A DNA stretch of 64,000 bases, from assembly GCA_963825935.1 (NCBI GenBank), contig CAWGUN010000010.1, positions 135,752 to 199,751 on the forward strand, read 5' to 3'. A program made the translations under genes and the position numbers. This stretch comes from an uncultured Bacteroidales bacterium. Its GTDB lineage: Bacteria > Bacteroidota > Bacteroidia > Bacteroidales > VadinHA17. Shown in pieces: positions 20,081-30,289 of this stretch (position 1 is its first letter; every line of letters begins with the position of its first letter). Under the pieces are notes generated by a model. The model did not search any database and was not told the origin of the DNA. It was given only the letters and a program-made list of their open reading frames with translations.

Positions 20081-20830
20081 ATGTCATTAGTGAAGAAGCT
20101 TATTGAGATAAGAAAGCTGAAAAAAGATTATTATGTGGGAGAAGTGACAGTTCATGCCCTCAGGGGAATTGATCTGGAAGTCAATGAAGGCGAGTTTGTT
20201 GCTATAATGGGAGCCAGCGGATCAGGAAAGTCAACCATGCTGAACATTATCGGATGTCTTGATAAACCCACGAGCGGAGATTATATTCTTGACGGAACCA
20301 ATATTTCAGGGTTGCGGAAAAACGACCTGGCGGCACTCAGGAACAGGAAACTTGGTTTCGTATTTCAGACATACAATCTTCTTCCCAGAACAAATGCTCT
20401 GGACAACGTCGAATTGCCCTTGTTATACAATGCGGCGATAAAAACAAAGGAACGGATAGAGAGAGCAAAAAACGCTCTTGAATCTGTTGGTCTTGTTGAC
20501 AGGATGACACATAAGCCGAATCAGTTGTCAGGAGGTCAGCAGCAGAGGGTTGCTATTGCCAGGTCGCTTGTTAATGATCCTATAGTGATTCTGGCTGATG
20601 AGGCTACAGGAAATCTGGATACCAGGACATCTTACGAAATAATGGCTCTTTTCCAGGATCTTAACAACAAAGGGAAAACAATTGTCTTTGTGACCCATGA
20701 ACCGGATATAGCCAGATGTGCCAGCAGGAATGTAATTTTTAAAGATGGCCTCATTTTGAGGGAAAGTACCGTCAGCGATAGAATTAATGCACTGGAAATG
20801 CTTGCCAGCATTCCTGTCGAAGATGACTAG
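20081..20830 (+). CDS. MacB/LolD-type ABC transporter ATP-binding subunit
   Basis: GASGSGKST Walker [14 protein letters not shown] signature, ILADE, VTHE; start moved to ATG 20081. Confidence 0.92.
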   Translation: MSLVKKLIEIRKLKKDYYVGEVTVHALRGIDLEVNEGEFVAIMGASGSGKSTMLNIIGCLDKPTSGDYILDGTNISGLRKNDLAALRNRKLGFVFQTYNLLPRTNALDNVELPLLYNAAIKTKERIERAKNALESVGLVDRMTHKPNQLSGGQQQRVAIARSLVNDPIVILADEATGNLDTRTSYEIMALFQDLNNKGKTIVFVTHEPDIARCASRNVIFKDGLILRESTVSDRINALEMLASIPVEDD

Positions 20831-20844
20831 TCAAACAGCAAGAA

Positions 20845-22065
20845 ATGAATTTCAAGAACCTTTTAAAAATAGCAGTAAATGCATTGTTAAGGAATAAATT
20901 CAGGGCTTTTCTGACAATGCTTGGCATTATTATAGGTGTTGCTTCGGTTATTGCAATGCTGGCAATCGGTGAAGGATCCAAGATCAGTATACAGCAACAA
21001 ATTGCCGGAATGGGATTGAATCTGGTTTCGGTGGTGCCCGGATCGCAACAAAGAGGAGGGATCCAGTTCGGAGCTTCAACAATGCAAAGTCTGAAAGAAA
21101 CTGATGTTAATGCAATCATTTCAGAATGTCCTGCTGTACTTGCTGCTACTCCTGAAGTCAGGGGAAACGGGCAGGTTGTTTATGCTTCAGCAAACTGGCC
21201 AACCTCAGTATTCGGAGAAAATGAAGAGTATCTGCAGATAAGAGAACGGGCTGTTGCCAGCGGCCGGATGTTCACTGACAGGGAGTTAGCCAGCGCTGCT
21301 AAAGTCTGTCTTCTGGGTGAAACCGTAGTTCAGAATCTTTTCGGTCCGGGCAATGATCCTGTTGGTATGATTATAAGGTTCAAAAAAGTGCCGTTTCAGG
21401 TAATAGGAGTACTGGCTCCAAAAGGTCTGAATACCTTCGGTCAGGACCAGGATGATTTGATACTTGCACCATTTACAACTGTTCAGAAAAGAGTATTGGC
21501 AATAACCTATATTCAGGCTATTTATACTTCGGCCATTGATTCAAAATCGACCGATCTGGCTGCCAAACAAATTGAAGAAACATTACGGAGGCATCACAAA
21601 ATTAAGGATAGCGACCAGGATGACTTTACTATCAGAAACCAGGCCGAATTATTATCCACCTTCAGTTCAGTAAGTAATATACTTACAGTATTACTTGGGG
21701 TAATCGCCGGCATTTCACTCCTGGTAGGTGGGATAGGTATAATGAATATTATGTATGTATCTGTCACTGAGCGGACCAGGGAAATTGGACTGCGTATGGC
21801 AATAGGTGGCAAAAGTTATGATATATTAATGCAATTCCTTACAGAATCAATGTTAATAAGCATAACAGGAGGTATTATAGGAATTCTGATTGGTATTATT
21901 GCATCTAAGTTAATAGGATCAATTATGTCATGGCCGGTTGTAGTTTTACCTGGTTCAGAAATATTATCTTTTGCAGTATGTACGGTAATAGGAATATTCT
22001 TCGGCTGGTATCCGGCAAGAAAAGCAGCCAACCTCGATCCTATTGATGCACTTAGATATGAGTAA
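20845..22065 (+). CDS. MacB-type ABC transporter permease (FtsX domain)
   Basis: RAFLTMLGIIIGVASVIAM; VGGIGIMNIMYVSVTERTREIGLRMAIG; GWYPARKAANLDPIDALRYE. Confidence 0.93.
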   Translation: MNFKNLLKIAVNALLRNKFRAFLTMLGIIIGVASVIAMLAIGEGSKISIQQQIAGMGLNLVSVVPGSQQRGGIQFGASTMQSLKETDVNAIISECPAVLAATPEVRGNGQVVYASANWPTSVFGENEEYLQIRERAVASGRMFTDRELASAAKVCLLGETVVQNLFGPGNDPVGMIIRFKKVPFQVIGVLAPKGLNTFGQDQDDLILAPFTTVQKRVLAITYIQAIYTSAIDSKSTDLAAKQIEETLRRHHKIKDSDQDDFTIRNQAELLSTFSSVSNILTVLLGVIAGISLLVGGIGIMNIMYVSVTERTREIGLRMAIGGKSYDILMQFLTESMLISITGGIIGILIGIIASKLIGSIMSWPVVVLPGSEILSFAVCTVIGIFFGWYPARKAANLDPIDALRYE

Positions 22066-22067
22066 AT

Positions 22068-22104
22068 CGCAAATCCGGCAAGATCAAAGATCTGCGGGGG
22101 TTTC
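22068..22104. repeat. Degenerate copy of the 5650-5685 hairpin, between convergent genes (possible bidirectional terminator)
   Basis: CGCAAATCCGGCAAGATCAAAGATCTGCGGG, 27/31 identical to 5650-5680. Confidence 0.55.
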
Positions 22105-22109
22105 AGTTA

Positions 22110-23018
22110 TTATAGGTGAAGTCTGATGGTTAAGATGGTTTGATGATTTAAACTTACCTCATCCTGACTAAATCTTACATTAAGGTCTTTTATCGAACCC
22201 AGACTTTCCATAAGATCAGGAAGATAATCAGTCTGACCAATAAAGGTCCATAAATAGGCAACAATTGAATATATCTTGCCCGTAGAGAAATTATCAAGGT
22301 CGACACAAATAAACAGAACAACCATAAAAATAATTACAAGGAGAACTTTTACAGTGCTATAGCTGAAAGCATTCCATCTTGCTATACTGGTCCTTGGAGG
22401 AATCATTTTATAATAAAACTGGTGGATTTTGGAAGTATCCCTGTCTTCAATCAATTTAAAAAGTTCTTCCTGATTGTCATGTATATCTTTTTGCAAATAA
22501 GTTACCTTTTTGCGGTTAAAGTTATTGATATATGCTACTGGTACTATGACAGCAAGACAAACAAGTCCGATCCGATAGTCATAAAAAAACAGTGCTATTA
22601 TTGCTCCGACGGATGCAGATAGCTGCCACAGCATTTCAGGCAGCCGTTCTTTGAAAAAAACAATATATTCCTTTACCAGTTCAGCCCTTACAAGCATTTT
22701 TGAATACTGGTCTCCTCTTGTTTTTGATTCATCAATGACATTGGTGGCAGCATCTGCATACATCTTCGAATATGTACCGCCATTAAAAAGCCTGTGAAGA
22801 GACCCTCCGATTACATTTATCAGATAAACAATTATCCATATTATTAACGGTATGAAATAGTTAATCTTTTCATGGTCATAGAAATGACCGATGAGGGCAT
22901 CCAGAAGCTTGCCAAAAAAAGTTGGTTCGATGATCCATGCAATATTTTCGACAAGGACAAACAATAGTAGCACAGCTATTGAATACTTGTACTTTGAAAT
23001 TACCTGTCTGAGAGCCAT
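22110..23018 (-). CDS. Stand-alone ABC-exporter-type six-transmembrane domain protein
   Basis: ENIAWIIEPTFFGKLLDAL; six hydrophobic segments; STGKIYSIVAYLW; no nucleotide-binding domain. Confidence 0.75.
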   Translation of the reverse strand: MALRQVISKYKYSIAVLLLFVLVENIAWIIEPTFFGKLLDALIGHFYDHEKINYFIPLIIWIIVYLINVIGGSLHRLFNGGTYSKMYADAATNVIDESKTRGDQYSKMLVRAELVKEYIVFFKERLPEMLWQLSASVGAIIALFFYDYRIGLVCLAVIVPVAYINNFNRKKVTYLQKDIHDNQEELFKLIEDRDTSKIHQFYYKMIPPRTSIARWNAFSYSTVKVLLVIIFMVVLFICVDLDNFSTGKIYSIVAYLWTFIGQTDYLPDLMESLGSIKDLNVRFSQDEVSLNHQTILTIRLHL

Positions 23019-23184
23019 ACTTTATTATTTAAAATAATGTCTAAATTAGGAAAAAGAATCCTTTGGGAAAAATAACCATTAAAATTTTTTAGCCGGGATT
23101 TATGTCTCTGAATTAATAAATATACCTCATCTATTTATCTAAATTAGTTTAATTTTATGTACGAAAGTAATTTAGCCAAAAGTT

Positions 23185-24033
23185 ATGAAAAGAATACTGT
23201 TTTTTTTGATCATAAGTCTTATTGCCATCAGCTGCACAAGCCATAAAAGGGTTGGAGGTATTTATCGTTATTTATGGGGGAATAAAGACAATTACAGCAT
23301 CTGGATTATTGATGGGAACCAGGTAAGACAGAAGATATATAAGGAGTGGCTTTATGGCGGAAATGAACAGCGCTATATTTTTAATCCGAAAGGAGAAATA
23401 TGGATTGATAATGCCATTTCGAGCGAAGAATTTGATCTGACTGTAGCACATGAGCTGAATGAGAGGCACCTTATGGCGAAATACGGCTGGACATATCAGA
23501 ACTCTCATGATTCGTCCTTAAGGCTGGAATTGGTTATAAGACATAAAAATGAGGAAATTTGCCGTGCCCATGAAGCTTCACTAAAAAAAGTAGGTGTGAC
23601 CGATTCATATAATATAAAGGAGATCAAATACCTTAATGACAGCATTCAGCTTCAGAATATCTATCGTATTCCCATGGGCACAAGAGAGGGCATTTCGATC
23701 TGGGTGGTAGATGGATATCTGGTGCGAAAAAATATCTATCCCGATTTTGGCTTCAGCGGAAATGATCTGGCGTATCATTTTATTCCATCAAAAGAAGTAT
23801 GGATCGATGGTCAGGTTTCATGCGAGGAAACTGAATATTCAGTATCTCTTGAGATGATGGAGCGTAAACTTATAGAGGAGGGGAAATCATACAGTGATGC
23901 ATATGAGGATGCAGTTCAGATGATCCGGCAGCAGAGGGGTACAATGGAACATATTACAAAATCTCATTTTAAAGTTGCTATTCCCGATTCTCTGGCACGT
24001 GACGCAGGGGTAATTGACCCTGACGAAAAATAA
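23185..24033 (+). CDS. Hypothetical lipoprotein with two internal repeats; the first carries HExxE...H
   Basis: Lipobox AISC; SIWIIDGNQVRQKIY...EIWID...HELNERHLM and SIWVVDGYLVRKNIY...EVWID...LEMMERKLI. Confidence 0.75.
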   Translation: MKRILFFLIISLIAISCTSHKRVGGIYRYLWGNKDNYSIWIIDGNQVRQKIYKEWLYGGNEQRYIFNPKGEIWIDNAISSEEFDLTVAHELNERHLMAKYGWTYQNSHDSSLRLELVIRHKNEEICRAHEASLKKVGVTDSYNIKEIKYLNDSIQLQNIYRIPMGTREGISIWVVDGYLVRKNIYPDFGFSGNDLAYHFIPSKEVWIDGQVSCEETEYSVSLEMMERKLIEEGKSYSDAYEDAVQMIRQQRGTMEHITKSHFKVAIPDSLARDAGVIDPDEK

Positions 24034-24040
24034 TTTTTAT

Positions 24041-26977
24041 ATGAGTTCGATGAATGAGAAAGAACCTGAAGGATGGCGAAAATTAGTTGCCGGCTATCCC
24101 TGGTTTAATTGTGAGGGTTGTTTTCCGCTTCCTGCCTATTCAGAATTTATGCCATCTCCCAGGATTGGTATATCACCAATAGGGAAGATGGATTATAAGC
24201 TTTTTACAGAAGATGATCCTTTTGGTTTGCCGATAACCGAAATGGATGAGGAGTATGAGCTGAGACCAGGAATTGAGAATGTTGGACAACAAATATTGAA
24301 CAGCCTGATTAAACTGGGTAAAGGATTGCCTGAGCATTATATCCATGGTCATGGCGGACAGAACCTGAAAGATAATCCATACTGGCCTCCCGAACTTTCT
24401 GATAAAGCAGGAACTCTTGATCACGAAAGGTATGTGACGCTTTTGCCCCTTATGCTTTCAAAGACTCAGGATGATAAAGGTCGTGTTCCATGGACACTAT
24501 TCGGCAACAGCATTCATGATCCGGAACAAGTGTTCTGGAAGAATTTCTATTCTGCCCCCGGAGTGGAATCAGCAATGAGTGACGCGGTCAGTTTTTTTGC
24601 ACGGATTATGTCAAATGCTTATGGTGAAGTAATTAACGAAAAAGTATCTCTCCTTGGAACAGGATTCAGGATCTTACCGGCCGGAAAAGAATCAGAACTC
24701 CCGCAGTGGACGCAAATTTTTAAGCTTGATGATAATTCATCATTCGATAAAGTAAGATACCTTCTTTCTTTCAGGCCATTCGGCCTGTTGCCGCAAGTTG
24801 TAAAAGAAATGTACTTTTCCGGCAGATTGTCAATCATTCCATTCCCGGGCAGCCTTGTTTTCTATGGTATGCATGGATATCTCCATTTACAAAAAGAGCT
24901 TCCCCTGGCAGGTCAGATACCTTTGCTTAATCTGGTGGCGCGAAACAGGGGTATTGATGGTTTGAGGGTTACACAGTCGGGTTGGCTTCATGAGCCCCAT
25001 ACTGGCAATATCAACCTTGAGATAGATGAAGATCTCGTTCATGACTCCTTTCACCGCACTCACCGCTGGCAGAAGATCCTCAGGTACCAGGATGAACTTA
25101 ACCAGGCAGCCATGAAAATCAGGATGGTCAAGGTGCTTTTCAGTACTGATCCTGATGCAATGGGTCTTTATGATAAGCCGATGGCTCGAAACTGCCATCT
25201 GTGGAGTCACTCCTTTGAACTGATCCTTGATGGCCCCAAAGCAACAAGAAAGAAGATCCGGGAGGTTGAAAAGACAATTCTGAAAGGAGGACTTTTCGGA
25301 TATCGTTTTTTTTATCCGCCGATGCGTTTCGGTATTCATGATATCTATCTGCACAGGCCCCTTGTAGGATATGTCTCGGCCAGAACAGGTAATATTGAAA
25401 TCGACACGGAGTCACTGCATGGTTATTTTACATGTTACCATAAAGATGATACCAGGATGTTACATCCTGTTGAGATATGGCCAAGGCTTCTCCGGCGTGA
25501 TCTTTACCTGTCAGCTTTGCACGATTTTAATGAGGGTAATGACCATTATACTCACCAGACTCCGGGGAATATTATTTCTCTGCTGGACAGTTGGGAGGTG
25601 CAGGATAAGAAGCCGCTGGCAAGATCTTATGCTGCCCGGCTTCTGAATATTTCAAGGCAAAAATCACTTGAAAAATGGATTGATGAGCTGAATTTGCATA
25701 CCAAAGATCCTGATAAAGCAGAAAAGATGAGGGAGGCACTTAATAAAATCATTCAACCCATTCAGCCGCAAGATCTGCCAGAACCAATAACTTTTTCAGA
25801 AACTTTTACCCGGCAGTTTGAGGAAAAATGGTGGAATGATATCAGATTCCTGGCACATGGCGAATTTATCCACAAAGATAATGCTGATATGATTAGGGAT
25901 GCTGCAACATTGTCGAAGGTTCAGAAACAGCATCGGGACCTCGGGAAGCTTGGAGACTATTTTATTAATCGTCACATTAAATCCATAGCTGATGCCGGGA
26001 TGGAAGGAAAAGCCTATTGCGGAGAATTACCTTTTAAATGGAAAACAGATTTTGAGTTTCCGGTTTTTGGAGGCTGGATTGATAACCTGAGAGATGATTT
26101 TTATGAACGTAATATCCTTGTAATTATTCCTGGTAAAAATCGTAAAGAGGCTGTTATTCTGGGCGATCATTATGACACTGCCTATATGGAAGATGTTTAT
26201 GAAATTGAGAAAGGTGGCTCAGGTGCACGTCTTTCAGCCAATGGAGCTGATGATAACTATTCAGCAAGTGCCACACTGCTCCAGGCAGCTCCTGTTTTTT
26301 TGAGACTTTCGAAGGAAGGAAAGCTGGAACGTGATATCTGGCTGATTCATCTTACGGGCGAAGAGTTTCCATCTGATTGCATGGGCGCCAGGAATTTCTG
26401 CCAGTCTCTGATAGAAAAAAAGCTTATTCTGAAATGCGGCAATGAAAACCTGTTCGAGTTATCGGATACAGAAATAGCGGGTGTTTTTATAATGGACATG
26501 ATAGCTCATAACCGTGAGAACGATAGTGATGTCTTTCAGATATCACCGGGTAAAAGTGCGGCATCCATGCAGCTGGCCTGGCAGGCTCACCTCGCAAATA
26601 TGACCTGGAATACATATACACATAAGTGGAATCATAATCCTGAGAGACAGCACCTTGGAAAGGGAAAACGCATAACCGGAACAGAGGAGATACCGGAAAT
26701 TGCAAAATACCTTCAGCTTGAAGGAGAAGTTCGTACTCACTATAATCCTCATAGTTCAATCTTCAATACCGATGGCCAGATATTTTCAGATATTGGAGTT
26801 CCGGTGGTGCTGTTTATGGAGAATTATGATATTAACAGGAGCGGTTACCATGATTCAAAAGACACTCTTGAAAATATTGATCTGGATTATGGAACGGCCC
26901 TTGCCGCAATAGCAATTGAAACTGTTGCACGTGTTGGATGCCTTTTTGACGAAAATTTAAAGAAAGGGAAATTATAA
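24041..26977 (+). CDS. Large cytoplasmic protein with a C-terminal M28 (Zn-aminopeptidase-like) domain and a ~650-aa unknown N-terminal region
   Basis: GDHYDT, GADDNYSA, TGEEFP, MDMIAH, GYHDSKDT metal-binding motifs; no signal peptide; stop overlaps the mgtA start (TAATG). Confidence 0.85.
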   Translation: MSSMNEKEPEGWRKLVAGYPWFNCEGCFPLPAYSEFMPSPRIGISPIGKMDYKLFTEDDPFGLPITEMDEEYELRPGIENVGQQILNSLIKLGKGLPEHYIHGHGGQNLKDNPYWPPELSDKAGTLDHERYVTLLPLMLSKTQDDKGRVPWTLFGNSIHDPEQVFWKNFYSAPGVESAMSDAVSFFARIMSNAYGEVINEKVSLLGTGFRILPAGKESELPQWTQIFKLDDNSSFDKVRYLLSFRPFGLLPQVVKEMYFSGRLSIIPFPGSLVFYGMHGYLHLQKELPLAGQIPLLNLVARNRGIDGLRVTQSGWLHEPHTGNINLEIDEDLVHDSFHRTHRWQKILRYQDELNQAAMKIRMVKVLFSTDPDAMGLYDKPMARNCHLWSHSFELILDGPKATRKKIREVEKTILKGGLFGYRFFYPPMRFGIHDIYLHRPLVGYVSARTGNIEIDTESLHGYFTCYHKDDTRMLHPVEIWPRLLRRDLYLSALHDFNEGNDHYTHQTPGNIISLLDSWEVQDKKPLARSYAARLLNISRQKSLEKWIDELNLHTKDPDKAEKMREALNKIIQPIQPQDLPEPITFSETFTRQFEEKWWNDIRFLAHGEFIHKDNADMIRDAATLSKVQKQHRDLGKLGDYFINRHIKSIADAGMEGKAYCGELPFKWKTDFEFPVFGGWIDNLRDDFYERNILVIIPGKNRKEAVILGDHYDTAYMEDVYEIEKGGSGARLSANGADDNYSASATLLQAAPVFLRLSKEGKLERDIWLIHLTGEEFPSDCMGARNFCQSLIEKKLILKCGNENLFELSDTEIAGVFIMDMIAHNRENDSDVFQISPGKSAASMQLAWQAHLANMTWNTYTHKWNHNPERQHLGKGKRITGTEEIPEIAKYLQLEGEVRTHYNPHSSIFNTDGQIFSDIGVPVVLFMENYDINRSGYHDSKDTLENIDLDYGTALAAIAIETVARVGCLFDENLKKGKL

Positions 26978-29499
26978 TGACCCAATTCCACCCCGCTTTT
27001 TGGAGCATCTCTGTAACCGGGATGCTCCAAAAGCTTGAATCGAAAAAGGAAGGATTAACAAGCGATGATGCCCAAAAGCGACTCGCACTTTATGGCTCGA
27101 ATCTTCTAAAGCCAAAAAAGCGCTCGGACGTGTTAACGCTCCTGATATCTCAATTCAAAAGTCCAATTATTCTAATTCTTTTCTTCGCAACAGGTTTGTC
27201 TTTTTTTCTGCATGATCGGGTAGATGCGTTAATTATCTTATTAATTGTCCTTGTAAGCGGTTTGCTTGGATTCTGGCAGGAATACGGTGCATCTAATGCA
27301 GTGGAGAAACTTCTTTCCATAGTCCAGATTAAAGCATCTGTAATGCGCGACGGGATTTCCAAAGAAATTCCGGTAGAACAGATCGTGCCCGGAGATATTG
27401 TTGTACTCAATGCCGGCGATATTATACCTGGTGATGGTCTTGTTCAGGAATTTAAAGACCTTTTCGTAGATGAAGCCATGCTGACGGGTGAAACTTTCCC
27501 GGTTGAAAAAACAGCAGCTGACCTGCCCGTGGAAACTATTCTTAGTCAGCGGACTAATGCTCTTTGGATGGGGACACATGTCGTGAGCGGTAGCGCTACT
27601 GCATTAATTGTTCACACGGGCAAAGAAACTGAATTTGGAAAGGTGTCAGAACGGCTAAAACTCAGACCTCTGGAAACGGAATTCGAACACGGAATCCGAC
27701 ATTTCGGCTATTTTCTAATGGAAGTCACGCTGGTACTGGTGGTCGCTATTTTTGCCATCAACGTATATCTGGCACGTCCGGTGCTCGACTCATTCTTATT
27801 TTCATTAGCATTAGCTGTAGGCCTTACGCCACAATTGCTGCCAGCAATAATAAGCATCAATCTTTCGCATGGCGCCAAACGGATGGCTCAAAAGAAGGTT
27901 ATCGTCAAAAGACTCTCTTCTATTGAAAACTTCGGCAGCATGAATGTTATCTGTTCCGATAAAACAGGTACGCTGACTGAAGGAATCGTGAAGCTGCAAT
28001 CCGCATTTGATGTTGATGGCAATGAGAACGAAAAAGTCCTTTTTCATGCTTATATCAATGCTTTTTACGAAACCGGTTTTACAAATCCGATAGACGAAGC
28101 TATTCGTAATTATAAGCAGTTTGACCTTACCGGTTATCAGAAGCAGGATGAAATTCCGTATGATTTTATTCGTAAGCGACTTACTATCCTTGTTTCACAT
28201 GATGATATGCACCTTATGGTAACCAAAGGAGCTCTGCAGAATGTTCTCGACATCTGTTCATCGGTTGAAACTAAAGATGGTAATGTTGTCAACAAGGTCA
28301 CAGTCCTGGACCGAATCCAGAAGCACTTTGAGGAGTTCAGCAGTAAGGGATTCAGAACTCTCGGCGTTGCTTACAAGAATATTGGTTCAGAATCACGCAT
28401 CAGTAAAGACCACGAATCAGGCATGACATTTTCCGGATTCCTTATTCTTTTTGACCCGCCAAAACCAAATATCCTTGAGACGATTACCAGACTCAGAAAC
28501 CTTGGAGTATCACTAAAAATAATCACAGGCGATAATCATCTAGTGGCAGCTAACGTCAGTCAACAGATGGGATTGACGAATACAATGATTCTGACAGGAC
28601 CGGACATTAGTCATCTGAGCGATTCCGCTCTTTTGAGGAAAGTAGGAGGAATAGATGTTTTTGCTGAAATCGAACCCAATCAAAAAGAACGTATAATTCT
28701 TGCTTTGAAAAAAGCCGGGAATGTAGTAGGGTATATGGGTGACGGTATTAATGATGCATCAGCTTTACATGTCGCTGATGTAGGCATTTCTGTTGAAAGC
28801 GCCGTGGATGTTGCTAAGGATGCAGCGGATATTGTCCTGCTCGAAAAGGGGCTTGACGTTTTGGTGCAGGGGGTTCTCGAAGGGAGGACAACATTTGCCA
28901 ATACACTCAAGTACGTGTTTATGGCAACAAGCGCCAATTTCGGCAATATGTTCAGTATGGCCGGAGTATCTTTACTTATACCCTTTTTGCCATTACTACC
29001 GAAGCAGATTTTGCTGACAAACCTGCTTACTGATTTCCCGGAGATGACAATCGCTACTGATAATGTTGATAGCGAAATGGTAAACTATCCCCGTCGCTGG
29101 GACATAAAAGCAATACGTAAGTTCATGATAACGTTTGGGATTGTGAGTTCGGTGTTTGACTTTATTACGTTTGGTTTGCTTTTACTGGCACTTCATGCTA
29201 CTCAGGTTCAGTTCAGAACTGGCTGGTTTATGGAATCCGTTATTTCGGCATCCATTATAGTGCTTGTTATACGAAGCAGAAAACCTTTCTTCAAAAGCCA
29301 ACCCGGAAAATATCTTTTAATTGCAACTCTTTCAATTTTTGCTATAACTTTAATCTTACCTTACACCCCGCTTGCCGGGATTTTCGGATTCAGCCCGCTT
29401 CCAATTTCTTTCCTGCTGCTAATAGGTTTAACAATTTTATGCTACATTTTCACAGCAGAATTAGTAAAGAAAATTTTTTATAAGAGGGTAAAATTTTGA
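26977..29499 (+). CDS. mgtA: Magnesium-translocating P-type ATPase
   Basis: LTGETFPVEK, LALAVGLTPQLLP, DKTGTLT phosphorylation site, IPYDFIRKR, GDGINDA, SANFGNMFS, QFRTGWFMES. Confidence 0.92.
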   Translation: MTQFHPAFWSISVTGMLQKLESKKEGLTSDDAQKRLALYGSNLLKPKKRSDVLTLLISQFKSPIILILFFATGLSFFLHDRVDALIILLIVLVSGLLGFWQEYGASNAVEKLLSIVQIKASVMRDGISKEIPVEQIVPGDIVVLNAGDIIPGDGLVQEFKDLFVDEAMLTGETFPVEKTAADLPVETILSQRTNALWMGTHVVSGSATALIVHTGKETEFGKVSERLKLRPLETEFEHGIRHFGYFLMEVTLVLVVAIFAINVYLARPVLDSFLFSLALAVGLTPQLLPAIISINLSHGAKRMAQKKVIVKRLSSIENFGSMNVICSDKTGTLTEGIVKLQSAFDVDGNENEKVLFHAYINAFYETGFTNPIDEAIRNYKQFDLTGYQKQDEIPYDFIRKRLTILVSHDDMHLMVTKGALQNVLDICSSVETKDGNVVNKVTVLDRIQKHFEEFSSKGFRTLGVAYKNIGSESRISKDHESGMTFSGFLILFDPPKPNILETITRLRNLGVSLKIITGDNHLVAANVSQQMGLTNTMILTGPDISHLSDSALLRKVGGIDVFAEIEPNQKERIILALKKAGNVVGYMGDGINDASALHVADVGISVESAVDVAKDAADIVLLEKGLDVLVQGVLEGRTTFANTLKYVFMATSANFGNMFSMAGVSLLIPFLPLLPKQILLTNLLTDFPEMTIATDNVDSEMVNYPRRWDIKAIRKFMITFGIVSSVFDFITFGLLLLALHATQVQFRTGWFMESVISASIIVLVIRSRKPFFKSQPGKYLLIATLSIFAITLILPYTPLAGIFGFSPLPISFLLLIGLTILCYIFTAELVKKIFYKRVKF

Positions 29500-29544
29500 A
29501 TAAAGAAAATATGGTAGACTTAATACATTACTAATATATTAAAA

Positions 29545-30264
29545 ATGACAAGCACAACTGATATTAACGGCACACATAAGGAAGAACATTTGAGAAGTTC
29601 TGATTTCATCACTGATATAGTTATAGGTATGTCTGATGGATTGACTGTTCCATTTGCTCTGGCAGCAGGCCTGAGCGGCGCTGTTCAAAGTAATTCTGTT
29701 GTAATTACAGCAGGTATTGCTGAAATTGTCGCTGGAAGCATTGCGATGGGACTTGGTGGTTATTTGGCCGGTAAAACTGAGCAGGAGCATTATCAGTCAG
29801 AAATACAGCGTGAATATGATGAAGTGGAGAGTATACCGGAAAAAGAGAAGGAGGAGGTAAAAGTTGTTTTTGCACAATATGGTTTAGATGGACCTACTCA
29901 AAATATCATCGCCAATGAGTTAGCAAAGGACAAAGACAAATGGGTTGATTTTATGATGAAATATGAACTGGGTTTGGAAAAGCCGAATATCAACCGCGCA
30001 AGGAACAGTGCGGCTACTATTGGTATCTCATACATGGTAGGTGGTTTAATCCCACTATTAGCATATTTTTTCACCCGGACTCCTTATGAGGGATTAATGA
30101 TTTCGGCTGTACTTACGATAATTTGCCTGTTCTTATTCGGATATTTTAAAAGCAAAGTAACTGGACAACCTCCAGTTAAAGGGGCATTAAAAGTTACTTT
30201 GATCGGTATTACTGCTGCTGCAGCGGCATTCCTGGTAGCAAAAACATTCAATAACATAATCTAA
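29545..30264 (+). CDS. VIT1/CCC1 family Fe2+/Mn2+ transporter
   Basis: DIVIGMSDGLTVPFALAAGLSG; AGSIAMGLGGYLA; FMMKYELGLEKP. Confidence 0.92.
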   Translation: MTSTTDINGTHKEEHLRSSDFITDIVIGMSDGLTVPFALAAGLSGAVQSNSVVITAGIAEIVAGSIAMGLGGYLAGKTEQEHYQSEIQREYDEVESIPEKEKEEVKVVFAQYGLDGPTQNIIANELAKDKDKWVDFMMKYELGLEKPNINRARNSAATIGISYMVGGLIPLLAYFFTRTPYEGLMISAVLTIICLFLFGYFKSKVTGQPPVKGALKVTLIGITAAAAAFLVAKTFNNII

Positions 30265-30289
30265 GTATATAATTATAACAAAAAAGACT

